The translations under genes and the position numbers were made by a program. Under the pieces are notes generated by a model. The model was not told where the DNA came from and searched no databases. It saw nothing but the letters and a program-made list of their open reading frames with translations. Positions 8,572-18,504 of a DNA stretch of 35,188 nt are shown piece by piece. Source of the DNA: a virus (taxonomy: Duplodnaviria; Caudoviricetes). Location: IMG/VR virus record IMGVR_UViG_3300032218_000348, positions 1 to 35,188 of that record. One strand, written 5' to 3'. Position 1 is the first letter of the stretch; the number at the start of each line of letters is the position of its first letter.

Positions 8572-11500
8572 TATATACCTGTGCCTAAATACTTGTCGTA
8601 GATTTTATCTTGTGATAAGAACCTGTCGTATATGTCAGCGAAACCAATGTCACCGCTTCTCAACTGTGAAACATAGTAATCAAGTGACATCTTCAAATCC
8701 TCATTAGTCTGAGCTGTAATTGCAGTGGATGGTCTTGCCTGTAATGAACGAGCAATACTATCTCTGATTTGTAGATATACTTGGATTGATTTCCATGTTA
8801 CATTGCTGCTATTATCTTGCATGAATCTTTCATTCTGTACAATCTTACGAAGACCATTGATTGTCTTGGCTGTCTTAAGACCATCAACATCTCTGTAGTC
8901 TATGTACCATGCAGATGGTTGCCCATTTGACTTTCCAGTTACTGGGTCAGTCTCTGTAGATAGAGCACGAACTGCTGATTCTTTTGCAAACTTTAAGTCT
9001 TCTGCACCCTTTTGTTCGACAGAACTTAAACCACGTTCAGCTAACTTGCCATCAATAATAGCAGTCATTCTACGGTAGATTGCCCAGCCTTTACGAGCTT
9101 CATTCTGTGCAACGGACTCCGCTGGAGTAGCCTTGCCACGGAACTTCTCTGGTGTTCCAGGACTGATTGAAGTCTCTGATTGCCACCAATATGCTGTTGG
9201 GTTGAACTGTGCACCGTTTGTTGTACGTGTGATAAGACCAACAAGAGCTGGGTTATCTGGTGCTATGTCTGCTATAAGGGAAGAATAACGCTTTGCGTTC
9301 TGGACATCGTCCATCGTTGAACCAGAGTTAGTTGGATTCTTTGACAAGCTTGTTGCAAAATCAAAGAAATCTGGATAGTCCTGAAGGAACTTATCGTCAG
9401 CCTGTAGGCCAAACTTCTGGCTATACTCATGCCACTTGTCAATATAGTACTTGTAAGGACTATTGAACTGTGGAGCGAATGGAAGGATTAGGTTCGCAGC
9501 TGTACGCATATTGTAGTATGCGTCAACCTTGGACTTGATTTCCTTTTCGGTTAAATATGGACGTCCCTCATCGCGTGCTTTATGCTGCTCTGTGAGGTAC
9601 ACTAGTTGGTAAGTACGTGCATAGTCAGAGCTATTCTGACCTTGCAGTTTCTCCCACTGGCGTCGAAGATATGTAGGTAGGACCGCTGACACCGATGCAT
9701 CAGGTCCGTATGGGAAGGCAAAGCCAATAACCTGTGACAGTTCTGGCTTGTACTTCATGACATAACTAGCTGGTATTGATGCCAATGGTCCAACGCTTAC
9801 GCCAAATGGATTACCCTGAAATGCTACGTCAAGACTCTGCTTACTGATTCCAATTCTGTCAAGGGATGTGAGACCCTTGCCAATTATAGGAAGCTTCTTG
9901 AGTCCACCTGGAACTTCAAACCACATAGTATCTGACGCTTGTAATGCCTTTTCCTTAGGAACTGGATTACCATTTTGGTCAGTTGCTAGACCCATTCTGT
10001 TGGGAGCGGTCCATGCCATAGCTGCGCGGTTAATAATTACTGGGTTCTCTGAAGCAATTCTGAGCCATGTCTTAATTGCATTCTCTTGAGCAGAGAAGAA
10101 TGGGGATACAAAGCGTAGTAAATGTGCAGCATTAGTACGGCGTTCTACATTATATAGAACATCTTTGACTGCCTTAAGGGCATCTGCACGGGCTGCTTTT
10201 TCTAGTGTATACTGTATCTTATCAAACTCTTCACGGGTAAATGTTCCGCCCTTAAGTTGTTCTGCTGTAGCAATGCGTTCTTTGATTGACTTCTGATATA
10301 GGTCAACAAATAGTGGATGTCGTGCCCATGCATTTTCTGGCATAGAACCAAGGTACTTAAACATAGCATTTCTTGTGCTCTTAATTACATGACGACTCTT
10401 CATATTGATGTTCTCATCAACAAGATTACCATGGATTATTGGCAGTTCATCTGGGTTCTTAACTGCATCACGTAAGAACTCAGGAGTAACTTTCTGCTGT
10501 TCTTCTCCAGCAGTCAGAAGCTTTTCACGAATACCTGTACCCTTAGGAAGATAGTTATCTACAAAGCCACGGACTCTTGCTACATACTCAAGTGATTCAT
10601 CACGAGAGATTCCAAGACGGGAACGAAGTGCAGGGTTTTCTTCAAGCCAACGAGCAATGTCGTCAACATTTTCATTAGCAATAAGTTTACGTGATACTGC
10701 AGAGTTAGCAAACTCTTCATTGATGGAACGAGCCCAGTCAGTGTAGTAGTTTGGCATGTCTGGTGTGACAGCACCGCGGCCCTTTGAGGCTACATTCGCA
10801 CCGTATAGTGTTGAGTAGTCTTCCATTAGTGCACCAAATGAACGGTCAGATGAGTTTAACTCTCTGTACAATTCACCATTTGGCCCACCGAAAGCATCAT
10901 GTACTATGTACTCTACGCCGTTAGCATCTCTCATTGAAGATGTAACCCTGAAGTCACCTTGCGCAATCGTCTTGCGCTTTCCAGTACTAAGTGAATCTTC
11001 TAGTCTTGTAAGTGTTTGATTATTAGCGTCATATGTGAACTGCTTCACACGCAAAAGATTAATTTGAGCTGCAAGCTGACCAGTTAGGTCTGCATTGAAT
11101 GGGTCAGAATCAATAAGCTTTTGGAGCTTCTCAATTTCAAGTTGATGACCAGCAATTTCTTTGCCAACTCTTTGCGTATCAGCTTTAACTTTTTTATAGT
11201 TAAGCTTCTCTGCCTTTTGGAATCTATCAACTAAGCGTGTTCCAATATGAGAGTCAGATAGGTTTGTAACTAGGTTACGCGTACCATCTGTAAAGTGACG
11301 AAGGCTAGCCATTGCTCCAACTGTAGCAAAGATGCGAAGCTGGGAATCAATTGCGTTACGCACTGGATATCCAAGACGAAGCAAAACAGAAGCTTTCCAT
11401 GCATCACTCATGCCAGCAATCTTATCGCTTGTTTTAAGGAGCGATGAGCTGAGCATAGATGCATTTGCCTTGATTACTTTATCTAGTACATCAAAGTCTG

Positions 11501-13190
11501 CAACTGGAAGGAAGTTCGCAAATTGCGATTCAAGCAATGGAACTTTAAGCATGGTCTCAGTCTCTGCATCCCACAAGAAACCTTCTTCTTTAATCTCACG
11601 CATCTTACCACTTCTGGTCATTGCATGATAATTGTAAAGTTCTTTTGCTGTGTCAGAGTTGATGCCGTGCTTCCCACTAAGGATTTGATATCCGCGTTCT
11701 TCAAGATTAGCTATTACTTTTCCACGCGCTTCAGGCGACGCAGCTTGTGTATATCTATTGATTACAAGTGCAGCCTCTTCACGGGTGAACAAAGAGTCGG
11801 AGTTAAAGGGTCTAGTAAGTATATTGCCAGACTTTGATAGAGCAATAAGTCTATCTGTGATTGCTGTTACTTCACGGATTGAGTCGCCCTCATTGAGGTT
11901 AACCATGCCAGATGGGCGTTCTCCCTGAAGCCAGCTTACCTTAGAGTACAACTTATGGAACTGTGTTGGTTGATATACATCAACTCGACTGAAACCAGTT
12001 GGTTGTTCATGGAATGGTATGCTTCTTGCTGTAGCAATCTCACGGCCGATAGCCTGAGAGAACTTACCGATTCCTTCTTTCATTGGGGCTTCTTCTGATA
12101 ATTCAAAAAGCTTTCCAACATACTTATCATGCATTGCCCAGGCTTTGATATATTCTCTATCTTGAGCAATCTCTTCTGGTGTGCGTAAATTCAATGGCAG
12201 CATGTTCTCATCCATGGTTGCTGCAATGTTTTGTTCTTCTCTTAGAAAAACTTTTAGTTGGCTACGAGTAAGTTCTCCATTTGCAATACGCAATGGTTCT
12301 GCCAAATCTGGACGCTTAAGTGCATCAAGCTTATCAATGCCCGACTTATCCCCAAGGATTGCAAGCATTGTATTATAAGATTCTTCTCTGGTTTTTGTTG
12401 CGCCAAGAAGGTAAGATACATCTGAAGCATTATTGCTTGCCTGTACCCAAGGGTGCTTAGATGCCCAGATTGCATCATTCTTTGCAAAGTCCTCGGCTAA
12501 CTTGCCGTACTTCTTTGCATTGTCACTGATGCTACTCTTAAGTGCTCCTGAGATATCAGCAGCTGATGCTTCTCTGATTCCCTGGATGGCTTCAAATGCT
12601 GTGTCTGCAGCACGGGCAGCCTTAACTGCCTTGCCTCCAACAATGCTTATGTCTCCAATAAGTTGGATTGCAGTGTCAAAAGAACCGCTCATGACACGGC
12701 CGTATAGGCTATCGTTAAAAGCTTTCTTGCGCTGCTTTGCATCATAGATGTCAAAATTTGAATCAAGAAGTTTTGGTGTTATGCTATCTGGTAGCAAACT
12801 AAATAAAGATGTTTTACCCACAACGCCAGCTGCAGCTTGGCCAAATGAAATTTCGTCTTTAGCTTCCCAAGCACGGCGCCAGCCTTGTGCGCTCTTATCA
12901 TCAGCTTGGGCATAAAGCATTGCTGCGCTTAGTGGTTGACGAATAAGATTCTGATTAGTCTTATCAATCGCAGAAATGATACCGCCGATTGGTCGAGTAG
13001 CATTCTTGGCAAAGTCAGTACCTGCCTGTTGCAGTGTATTGTAGAATCCATTGAATTCTTTTCTATCATTCCAAGGAGCTGTTGCAACATCCCACATGAA
13101 CTTTGGTGCAGATACCGTCATTAATCCGACGTCAGCAACCCAGTCTTTTGTACCTCTAGCAAGGTCTCCTAAACGATTCCATACATTCAT
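8571..13190 (-). CDS. Large internal virion/DNA ejection protein (1539 aa)
   Basis: Largest ORF; helical; LLRLGYPVRN and FVSPFFSAQ segments resemble podoviral large core proteins; not tape-measure-like. Confidence 0.6.
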   Translation of the reverse strand: MNVWNRLGDLARGTKDWVADVGLMTVSAPKFMWDVATAPWNDRKEFNGFYNTLQQAGTDFAKNATRPIGGIISAIDKTNQNLIRQPLSAAMLYAQADDKSAQGWRRAWEAKDEISFGQAAAGVVGKTSLFSLLPDSITPKLLDSNFDIYDAKQRKKAFNDSLYGRVMSGSFDTAIQLIGDISIVGGKAVKAARAADTAFEAIQGIREASAADISGALKSSISDNAKKYGKLAEDFAKNDAIWASKHPWVQASNNASDVSYLLGATKTREESYNTMLAILGDKSGIDKLDALKRPDLAEPLRIANGELTRSQLKVFLREEQNIAATMDENMLPLNLRTPEEIAQDREYIKAWAMHDKYVGKLFELSEEAPMKEGIGKFSQAIGREIATARSIPFHEQPTGFSRVDVYQPTQFHKLYSKVSWLQGERPSGMVNLNEGDSIREVTAITDRLIALSKSGNILTRPFNSDSLFTREEAALVINRYTQAASPEARGKVIANLEERGYQILSGKHGINSDTAKELYNYHAMTRSGKMREIKEEGFLWDAETETMLKVPLLESQFANFLPVADFDVLDKVIKANASMLSSSLLKTSDKIAGMSDAWKASVLLRLGYPVRNAIDSQLRIFATVGAMASLRHFTDGTRNLVTNLSDSHIGTRLVDRFQKAEKLNYKKVKADTQRVGKEIAGHQLEIEKLQKLIDSDPFNADLTGQLAAQINLLRVKQFTYDANNQTLTRLEDSLSTGKRKTIAQGDFRVTSSMRDANGVEYIVHDAFGGPNGELYRELNSSDRSFGALMEDYSTLYGANVASKGRGAVTPDMPNYYTDWARSINEEFANSAVSRKLIANENVDDIARWLEENPALRSRLGISRDESLEYVARVRGFVDNYLPKGTGIREKLLTAGEEQQKVTPEFLRDAVKNPDELPIIHGNLVDENINMKSRHVIKSTRNAMFKYLGSMPENAWARHPLFVDLYQKSIKERIATAEQLKGGTFTREEFDKIQYTLEKAARADALKAVKDVLYNVERRTNAAHLLRFVSPFFSAQENAIKTWLRIASENPVIINRAAMAWTAPNRMGLATDQNGNPVPKEKALQASDTMWFEVPGGLKKLPIIGKGLTSLDRIGISKQSLDVAFQGNPFGVSVGPLASIPASYVMKYKPELSQVIGFAFPYGPDASVSAVLPTYLRRQWEKLQGQNSSDYARTYQLVYLTEQHKARDEGRPYLTEKEIKSKVDAYYNMRTAANLILPFAPQFNSPYKYYIDKWHEYSQKFGLQADDKFLQDYPDFFDFATSLSKNPTNSGSTMDDVQNAKRYSSLIADIAPDNPALVGLITRTTNGAQFNPTAYWWQSETSISPGTPEKFRGKATPAESVAQNEARKGWAIYRRMTAIIDGKLAERGLSSVEQKGAEDLKFAKESAVRALSTETDPVTGKSNGQPSAWYIDYRDVDGLKTAKTINGLRKIVQNERFMQDNSSNVTWKSIQVYLQIRDSIARSLQARPSTAITAQTNEDLKMSLDYYVSQLRSGDIGFADIYDRFLSQDKIYDKYLGTGI

Positions 13191-13651
13191 TAATCACCAC
13201 GTCCACGCATTAGCAATTGAAGTGCTTGTCTTGTCTCTTTTGAAGTCTCTGGACGTGATTGAATGAAGTCAAGAACTGGAGCATATGAATTTAAAGATTG
13301 ATTGAACTGTGCATTGTCTGGAGCTTGTGGCAAACCAAGGGCAGATGGGTCATTTGGTTGACCATATGGGGTTAAACCAGCCATAACATTTTCATCTGGT
13401 CGTGATGTAGCATCAGTAATAGGTGTTGCTTCAACGCCGCTAGCTGGAGGCATGTTAACTGGACGAGGAGCCATAGATGCTACGGCTTTATTTCCAGCTA
13501 CGCGTGATTCATTGAGAGCTTTGTTTTGTCCATAAGCAAACCCTGAATAATCACCAGATTGTCCAGCTCCACCAGTACCTGAAACATTGGCAGGATTGTT
13601 CTGTGGTGCTGTTGGTCGGAAGCCTCCACGATTCTCTGGTGCAATTGCCAT
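13190..13651 (-). CDS. Hypothetical Pro/Gly-rich virion protein (153 aa)
   Basis: AGGAG RBS; RGGFRPTAPQNNP...YGQ; coupled to the large ORF. Confidence 0.65.
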   Translation of the reverse strand: MAIAPENRGGFRPTAPQNNPANVSGTGGAGQSGDYSGFAYGQNKALNESRVAGNKAVASMAPRPVNMPPASGVEATPITDATSRPDENVMAGLTPYGQPNDPSALGLPQAPDNAQFNQSLNSYAPVLDFIQSRPETSKETRQALQLLMRGRGD

Positions 13652-13659
13652 TGTTTCTC

Positions 13660-14229
13660 CTACTTAGTAAATTGTATTTTAGTAATAATTGGGCCACTTG
13701 TATAAATGTCCCACTCTGTTGCAATTTCGATTGCTTTGCGTACTAGCCTCTCAGCTTGCTGTGCATCTTGTACATCATCAATACCAAGCGCAGCCATAGC
13801 CCCAAGAGCAATCGGGCTGCCAGAGCCAGCATAGTAGATACCACGTATATCGCGGTCCCAAGAGTAATCCTCAAAGATAGGATAAACAACTCCACGAATG
13901 CTAACAAGAAATTGCGAATCATGCGAAGCAGCATCCCCGTCCTCTTTCATATCATACCCTGCATTAATAAATGCTTCTCGCATCTGCGGGATAAACTTTT
14001 GTGTCATAAAGATATCTAAGTTTTCAGCTGCTGTAGGCTTGGGAGCCTTCCAGCCAAACTGTAATATATTAGAACCTCTACCTGCACCAGCACCTGCAAT
14101 CAGTGCTCCGTTGTTTTCAACAATCTTATGTGTGGCCATCTCCATTGGACGGCCTTCTTCGTCGGAGCTGCGTGAATCGCAACCCATTACGACCCATCCT
14201 TTGCCCTGGATAGCAGCTAATGTTGTCAT
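13660..14229 (-). CDS. Proteasome beta-subunit/HslV-like N-terminal threonine (Ntn) protease
   Basis: M-T-T N-terminus (Thr nucleophile), GCDSR (Asp17/Arg19), HKI (catalytic Lys equivalent), AGAG, AGSGS, DIYTSG. Confidence 0.85.
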   Translation of the reverse strand: MTTLAAIQGKGWVVMGCDSRSSDEEGRPMEMATHKIVENNGALIAGAGAGRGSNILQFGWKAPKPTAAENLDIFMTQKFIPQMREAFINAGYDMKEDGDAASHDSQFLVSIRGVVYPIFEDYSWDRDIRGIYYAGSGSPIALGAMAALGIDDVQDAQQAERLVRKAIEIATEWDIYTSGPIITKIQFTK

Positions 14230-14243
14230 TGTCCCCTACCTTT

Positions 14244-16016
14244 TTATCTACGACGAACAGTACGAACGCTTGCTGTTGGAGTTCCTCCGCCGTTAATGCC
14301 TGATAGTAAACTCATTACGTCAGGTGGTGTTTGCGGTTGTGGGGCCATTGGGGAAGTGCCTCCTGCTGGAACGCCTTCAGGAGCAGGGGACGGTTGCTCA
14401 ACTGATTGTGGTGCCCCAGCAGGAGGAACTGGTTGCTGCTGTGGCGCGAAGATTTCGCTAACGACTTCTTCTATTGCCTGTCCCTTTTGGCGTGCCTTGA
14501 TTACAGCAGCAATCTGACGCACTACTTCAGAAGCGTCCTGGCCTTGCATTGCCATCTGTGGTATCGCTTGAGAGAGTGCAGTAATAGAACCGAGAAGTGA
14601 ATCTCTCATCTTTTCGATTTCAATTTTTTCTAGTTCCTGTGTTACGTTAACTGTGAATGGTAGTTCACGCATAGCCATATCTTTAGAAATAAGCCCTCCG
14701 CCAAGAGCTTGAAGCATAAAGATAAGTCCTTGTGCAGGGTTGAGTCCTGCAAGCATTCCATAACGCACATCAGCAGAATAGTCCTGCTTAATATCCTTTG
14801 AAGGCTTGTAGACAACTTCGTATGGTGAACCTGAGTCTACGCCACGAATTGTTTTTTCTTCTGGATAAATTACTTCATCAACTTCAAAACAAAGTCGGAT
14901 TACATCACGAAGTGCTGCAGCAAAAATAGCTTGAGCTGATTTGACCTGTGTATCAAATGCTCCCATAAGAGCCTGTACACCTTGGCCAGTTACAACAGAT
15001 GCATTAATGTTTCCCGTACGTGATTCAGGATAACGAGAACCAACACGAAGTTCTTGGTTGAGCAATGTCTGCTCAGTAAAGGCACCTTGTGGTAAGTTTA
15101 AGTCTACACGGCGCACGCCAGCTGGGTTCGCTGTACGAATAACAGCATCTCCACCAAGCTGAAGTTCCTGTACATCTTGTGGAAGTACGATAGGGGCTTG
15201 TACAGATTTCTCTGCAGCTTCCATAGCAAGCAATGCAAAGCGGTTGCGCAGTAGTTGAATACCAAGAACATCATCAAACTGTCCACGAAGTTCACCATCA
15301 ATGGATGGTTTACGTGCAACGATGACCATCATCTTACCGAGTGGGTTCATTGCTTTAGAAAGAACTAAATTGTTTTTAGACGGGATAAAGATAATTGATT
15401 GGTCTTTATCGTAGTAACGAACAAGTTCAACTTGCCCATTTAAATCTTGCTTATAACCCTGAGGTCCAAGAAGCTGGCTATCATACTCTGGGAACTGTGA
15501 ACACAGTTCTCCAAGTGTCATCATATAGCGTTTAACAAATGCAACGCAACGTCCATAGCGGTCGAACTCTGGGTAAGCACCCACTGGGTTTTCTATGCGG
15601 ATACGAGGCAATTTGCTTTCTTCGTCTAATTCAACAATGAAAGGGACGAAACCAAATGTGATATACCAGTCAGCTCCTGAGTACATCTGTACAGAAAGGT
15701 CTGAATGTTGAAAATAATTTGATGCAATACGAGTGCGCTTGTCAGCAAACTGACGGGCTTTATCGGATGTTTGGTTTGCGGCTGAACAGTTAACCGCTGG
15801 AAGCGGTGCCATTACCTCAGATAGGTCACGGGCTACAATGTCAATAAAGTTTGCAACTACGTTAGCGTCTACACCTGCTGGAAAAAAGTCAGGATAAACT
15901 TCAGCAATTTTTCCCTTACGCACTGCAAGAACATCAAGATTGCGTCCATCACGCTCAGTGTTGCGATAGCGTAGCGATTGAACGCGGGCTGCAACCTGTT
16001 CCATAGATAGTGTCAT
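14244..16016 (-). CDS. Portal protein
   Basis: 590 aa after the terminase; ANFIDIVARD, G..TGQGVQAL; Pro/Gln-rich C-terminal tail typical of podoviral portals. Confidence 0.85.
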   Translation of the reverse strand: MTLSMEQVAARVQSLRYRNTERDGRNLDVLAVRKGKIAEVYPDFFPAGVDANVVANFIDIVARDLSEVMAPLPAVNCSAANQTSDKARQFADKRTRIASNYFQHSDLSVQMYSGADWYITFGFVPFIVELDEESKLPRIRIENPVGAYPEFDRYGRCVAFVKRYMMTLGELCSQFPEYDSQLLGPQGYKQDLNGQVELVRYYDKDQSIIFIPSKNNLVLSKAMNPLGKMMVIVARKPSIDGELRGQFDDVLGIQLLRNRFALLAMEAAEKSVQAPIVLPQDVQELQLGGDAVIRTANPAGVRRVDLNLPQGAFTEQTLLNQELRVGSRYPESRTGNINASVVTGQGVQALMGAFDTQVKSAQAIFAAALRDVIRLCFEVDEVIYPEEKTIRGVDSGSPYEVVYKPSKDIKQDYSADVRYGMLAGLNPAQGLIFMLQALGGGLISKDMAMRELPFTVNVTQELEKIEIEKMRDSLLGSITALSQAIPQMAMQGQDASEVVRQIAAVIKARQKGQAIEEVVSEIFAPQQQPVPPAGAPQSVEQPSPAPEGVPAGGTSPMAPQPQTPPDVMSLLSGINGGGTPTASVRTVRRR

Positions 16017-16270
16017 CGTGTATTACGTCCTTGATTTCTAATGCGTGCAATATCATTTGCTGTGTTAGCACGATTGCGACGGACCATTTCTTCAGGTGAA
16101 GGTTTGGTTGAACCTAGAGATTTGCGAGCTTCAGCAATTGAGTTCTCTGCTGATGGAGATAGTTTGTTGATTGGATTAACATTGCGTCCACCAGCTCCAG
16201 TAATACCACCAGATGTGCGAGGTGTGCCAGTACCGCCACCACTTGTTGATGTTGGGTATTCTTTAGCCAT
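16013..16270 (-). CDS. Hypothetical basic low-complexity protein (85 aa)
   Basis: ATG 16270 after GGATAGGA RBS (MAKEYPTSTSGGG...); ATGA overlap with the portal start. Confidence 0.6.
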   Translation of the reverse strand: MAKEYPTSTSGGGTGTPRTSGGITGAGGRNVNPINKLSPSAENSIAEARKSLGSTKPSPEEMVRRNRANTANDIARIRNQGRNTR

Positions 16271-16277
16271 TGTAATC

Positions 16278-18146
16278 CTATCCGTATGTTTGAGACCATT
16301 GCTCAGCAAAGGCCTCATCTAAATTAATTGAACCGCGTGATGACATTTGTTGTCTTGTTGCCCATCGGTTTGATTGGTACTGACCTACTCTTGATGTATT
16401 TTGCATTAGCTCGCGCACTCGGATGATTGCAAACCAGAGAGCCATCACAGTGTCTGTGGGGTTCTTTGTATCAGGTTTCCAAGTAATCAATTGCTGTACG
16501 AGGGTCTTGATTCCTTCTGAGCCATCGTTACTTGGTATCTCTATAATGTTATTATCTTGGAAACGCCCATCGCGGGTATTGCCAAATAACATGGCCATAG
16601 ATGCTACACCAAAAGAAGTGTCCCATTTATTTTTACCAGTAAAGTGTGAATTCAGCTGGCAGCCATAAGAGGCTAAAAAGTTTCTTAAATTCTCATCCAG
16701 AGCGTAAGCTTTTTGGTGAGCATTGATTTCAATACGTAGTTCTTGGGGCTTGTACTTCTCAACCCAGTCTTCAATTAAATGTTGAATTTTATCTGGTGAG
16801 GGCTCGGTCATATTGACGCAGTCAAGAACATAAATCTTACCATCAGCTTTGTTGTATGTAACTACAACAGCACCAGTTGCTCCTGACATAGCAGGGTCTA
16901 GTCCCATAACAGTGTATGTACCATCGGTCGCTCTAGGGTGTCCAGGAGTACCAGGTTTTAATGGACCACGCTTTCGCATTCCATTGATGCTTCCTGCAAC
17001 GCAGGTAGGGGAAAAGATTGAATCTTCGGTGACATCTTCTTGCTGGTAGACCATAGCCCATACAGCGGCAGAGACCTGAGAGCGACGCTTAGAGAGCGAG
17101 GGTCCATCCCATTTGGGAAAGTTCCCATTGGGTAGTGTGTCATCTTTGGCATTCTCCTGTTGGTCAGATTCTGGCCATAAGGTTTTCCACTTGTCTGGCT
17201 TCTCATCAAATTCTAAAACTGCTGGCATTGCACAATATGTAAAGGGTGCCACTCCACCAGACCATTGTTTTGGGTCACGGAGCATTTTGTATAGGTCCAC
17301 GGGCGCGACACGGGTTCCTATAATTATTAGTTTTCCGTGCCGCCCCAGGCGTGTGATAACTTCCTTTTGGAGCCATTCAATTTGTTTTTCCCATTCATGG
17401 GCATTGGCTCCCATCACGGCGTCATCAACGATAATCAGGTCAGCACGAGCACCGTAAATCTGTGAGCCCATACCAAGGGCTTGTACAGTTGGGTCCTTCT
17501 CGCCTGAGTCACGTCCCGTACCTAGGTAAATCATATCAGCAGACCATTGTGTTGCATCGGCCTTGTATCCGCCGTTAGGACCGAAGGCCGTCTGCAACTT
17601 AATATATGCTGGGTGTGAAAGTCTTGTCTTGATTGCCCCAAGAAACTTGCGTGCCATACCCTGTGTCTTAGAGACAATAATAACTCGGGTGTTTGGGTCA
17701 GTCACAATTTTGTATGTAACATAGTTTGTGGTAATGGTGGTTGACTTAGCATGCTCAGGTGGTACGTTGATAAGTACTCTATCAGGTTCACCTGGCTCGT
17801 AAGTTATACCAGCTGGCATCCAGCTAGGCTCGCGGCCCTCCATCATGTCCAGCCAGTTAAGCTGGTGGGGGAAGAGCTTAGAGTCTAGGAACTGCTCGCA
17901 GAAAGAGACGAAGTCGATATCCTTCAAATCTGCTAAGTCAGCCTTGATGCCTTTACCTTCTAGGCGGGCTTTGTCGGAACGTTCCTTAAAGGATGCATCT
18001 GAGGCGCACCACTGGCGGAAAGTTACGTCATTGCGGCCTACGGTGCCCATAGCGGTGATTACAGTAGCACCCTGTGCTAGCGCCATCAGAACGCGCTCCT
18101 GGGCCTCGCCCTTAGGAATGTCTTGCTTTCCTGGCTTTCTACCCAT
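16278..18146 (-). CDS. terL: Terminase large subunit with N-terminal HTH-like extension
   Basis: PHQ motif, Walker A variant NVPPEHAKST, Walker B IIVDD, IGTR motif, RNase H/RuvC-like GLDPA ... DTVMA. Confidence 0.92.
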   Translation of the reverse strand: MGRKPGKQDIPKGEAQERVLMALAQGATVITAMGTVGRNDVTFRQWCASDASFKERSDKARLEGKGIKADLADLKDIDFVSFCEQFLDSKLFPHQLNWLDMMEGREPSWMPAGITYEPGEPDRVLINVPPEHAKSTTITTNYVTYKIVTDPNTRVIIVSKTQGMARKFLGAIKTRLSHPAYIKLQTAFGPNGGYKADATQWSADMIYLGTGRDSGEKDPTVQALGMGSQIYGARADLIIVDDAVMGANAHEWEKQIEWLQKEVITRLGRHGKLIIIGTRVAPVDLYKMLRDPKQWSGGVAPFTYCAMPAVLEFDEKPDKWKTLWPESDQQENAKDDTLPNGNFPKWDGPSLSKRRSQVSAAVWAMVYQQEDVTEDSIFSPTCVAGSINGMRKRGPLKPGTPGHPRATDGTYTVMGLDPAMSGATGAVVVTYNKADGKIYVLDCVNMTEPSPDKIQHLIEDWVEKYKPQELRIEINAHQKAYALDENLRNFLASYGCQLNSHFTGKNKWDTSFGVASMAMLFGNTRDGRFQDNNIIEIPSNDGSEGIKTLVQQLITWKPDTKNPTDTVMALWFAIIRVRELMQNTSRVGQYQSNRWATRQQMSSRGSINLDEAFAEQWSQTYG

Positions 18147-18206
18147 CAGTTAATCCCCTTGTTAATCGCTTGTATAACGGTCCCTGTATAGCGATATAAC
18201 TCTCCC

Positions 18207-18290
18207 ATTATATATAATTATATATATAATATATAGGAGTCGCGGAGTCTTAACGGAGCGACTCCGTATGTAATACATTACATAATAGAT
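18207..18290. promoter_or_regulatory. AT-rich tract plus inverted repeat upstream of the late operon
   Basis: (TA)n tract, then GGAGTCGC (18236-43)/GCGACTCC (18258-65) and TATGTAAT/ATTACATA inverted repeats. Confidence 0.45.
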
Positions 18291-18504
18291 AACCTGTTCA
18301 AAGTGCTAAAACGAACACATCTGACTAAAGTATTTTTAAAAGGCCTGGTCAGGCCTATATATTGCCCCCTATATAATATAACAGAAATTTATTATGGGAT
18401 ACTATATAGCACATGCCGACCTGTATAAACATATATGGGGTCAAATTGTCGATAAATCGACATGTAGATATAACTATTTATCGACATATCGGTATATCTA
18501 TTTA

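Noticed and set aside
8571-13190. Tape measure protein or virion RNA polymerase
   Set aside because: No TMP-like periodic Ala/Gly-aromatic repeats or upstream tail chaperones; no recognisable polymerase motifs
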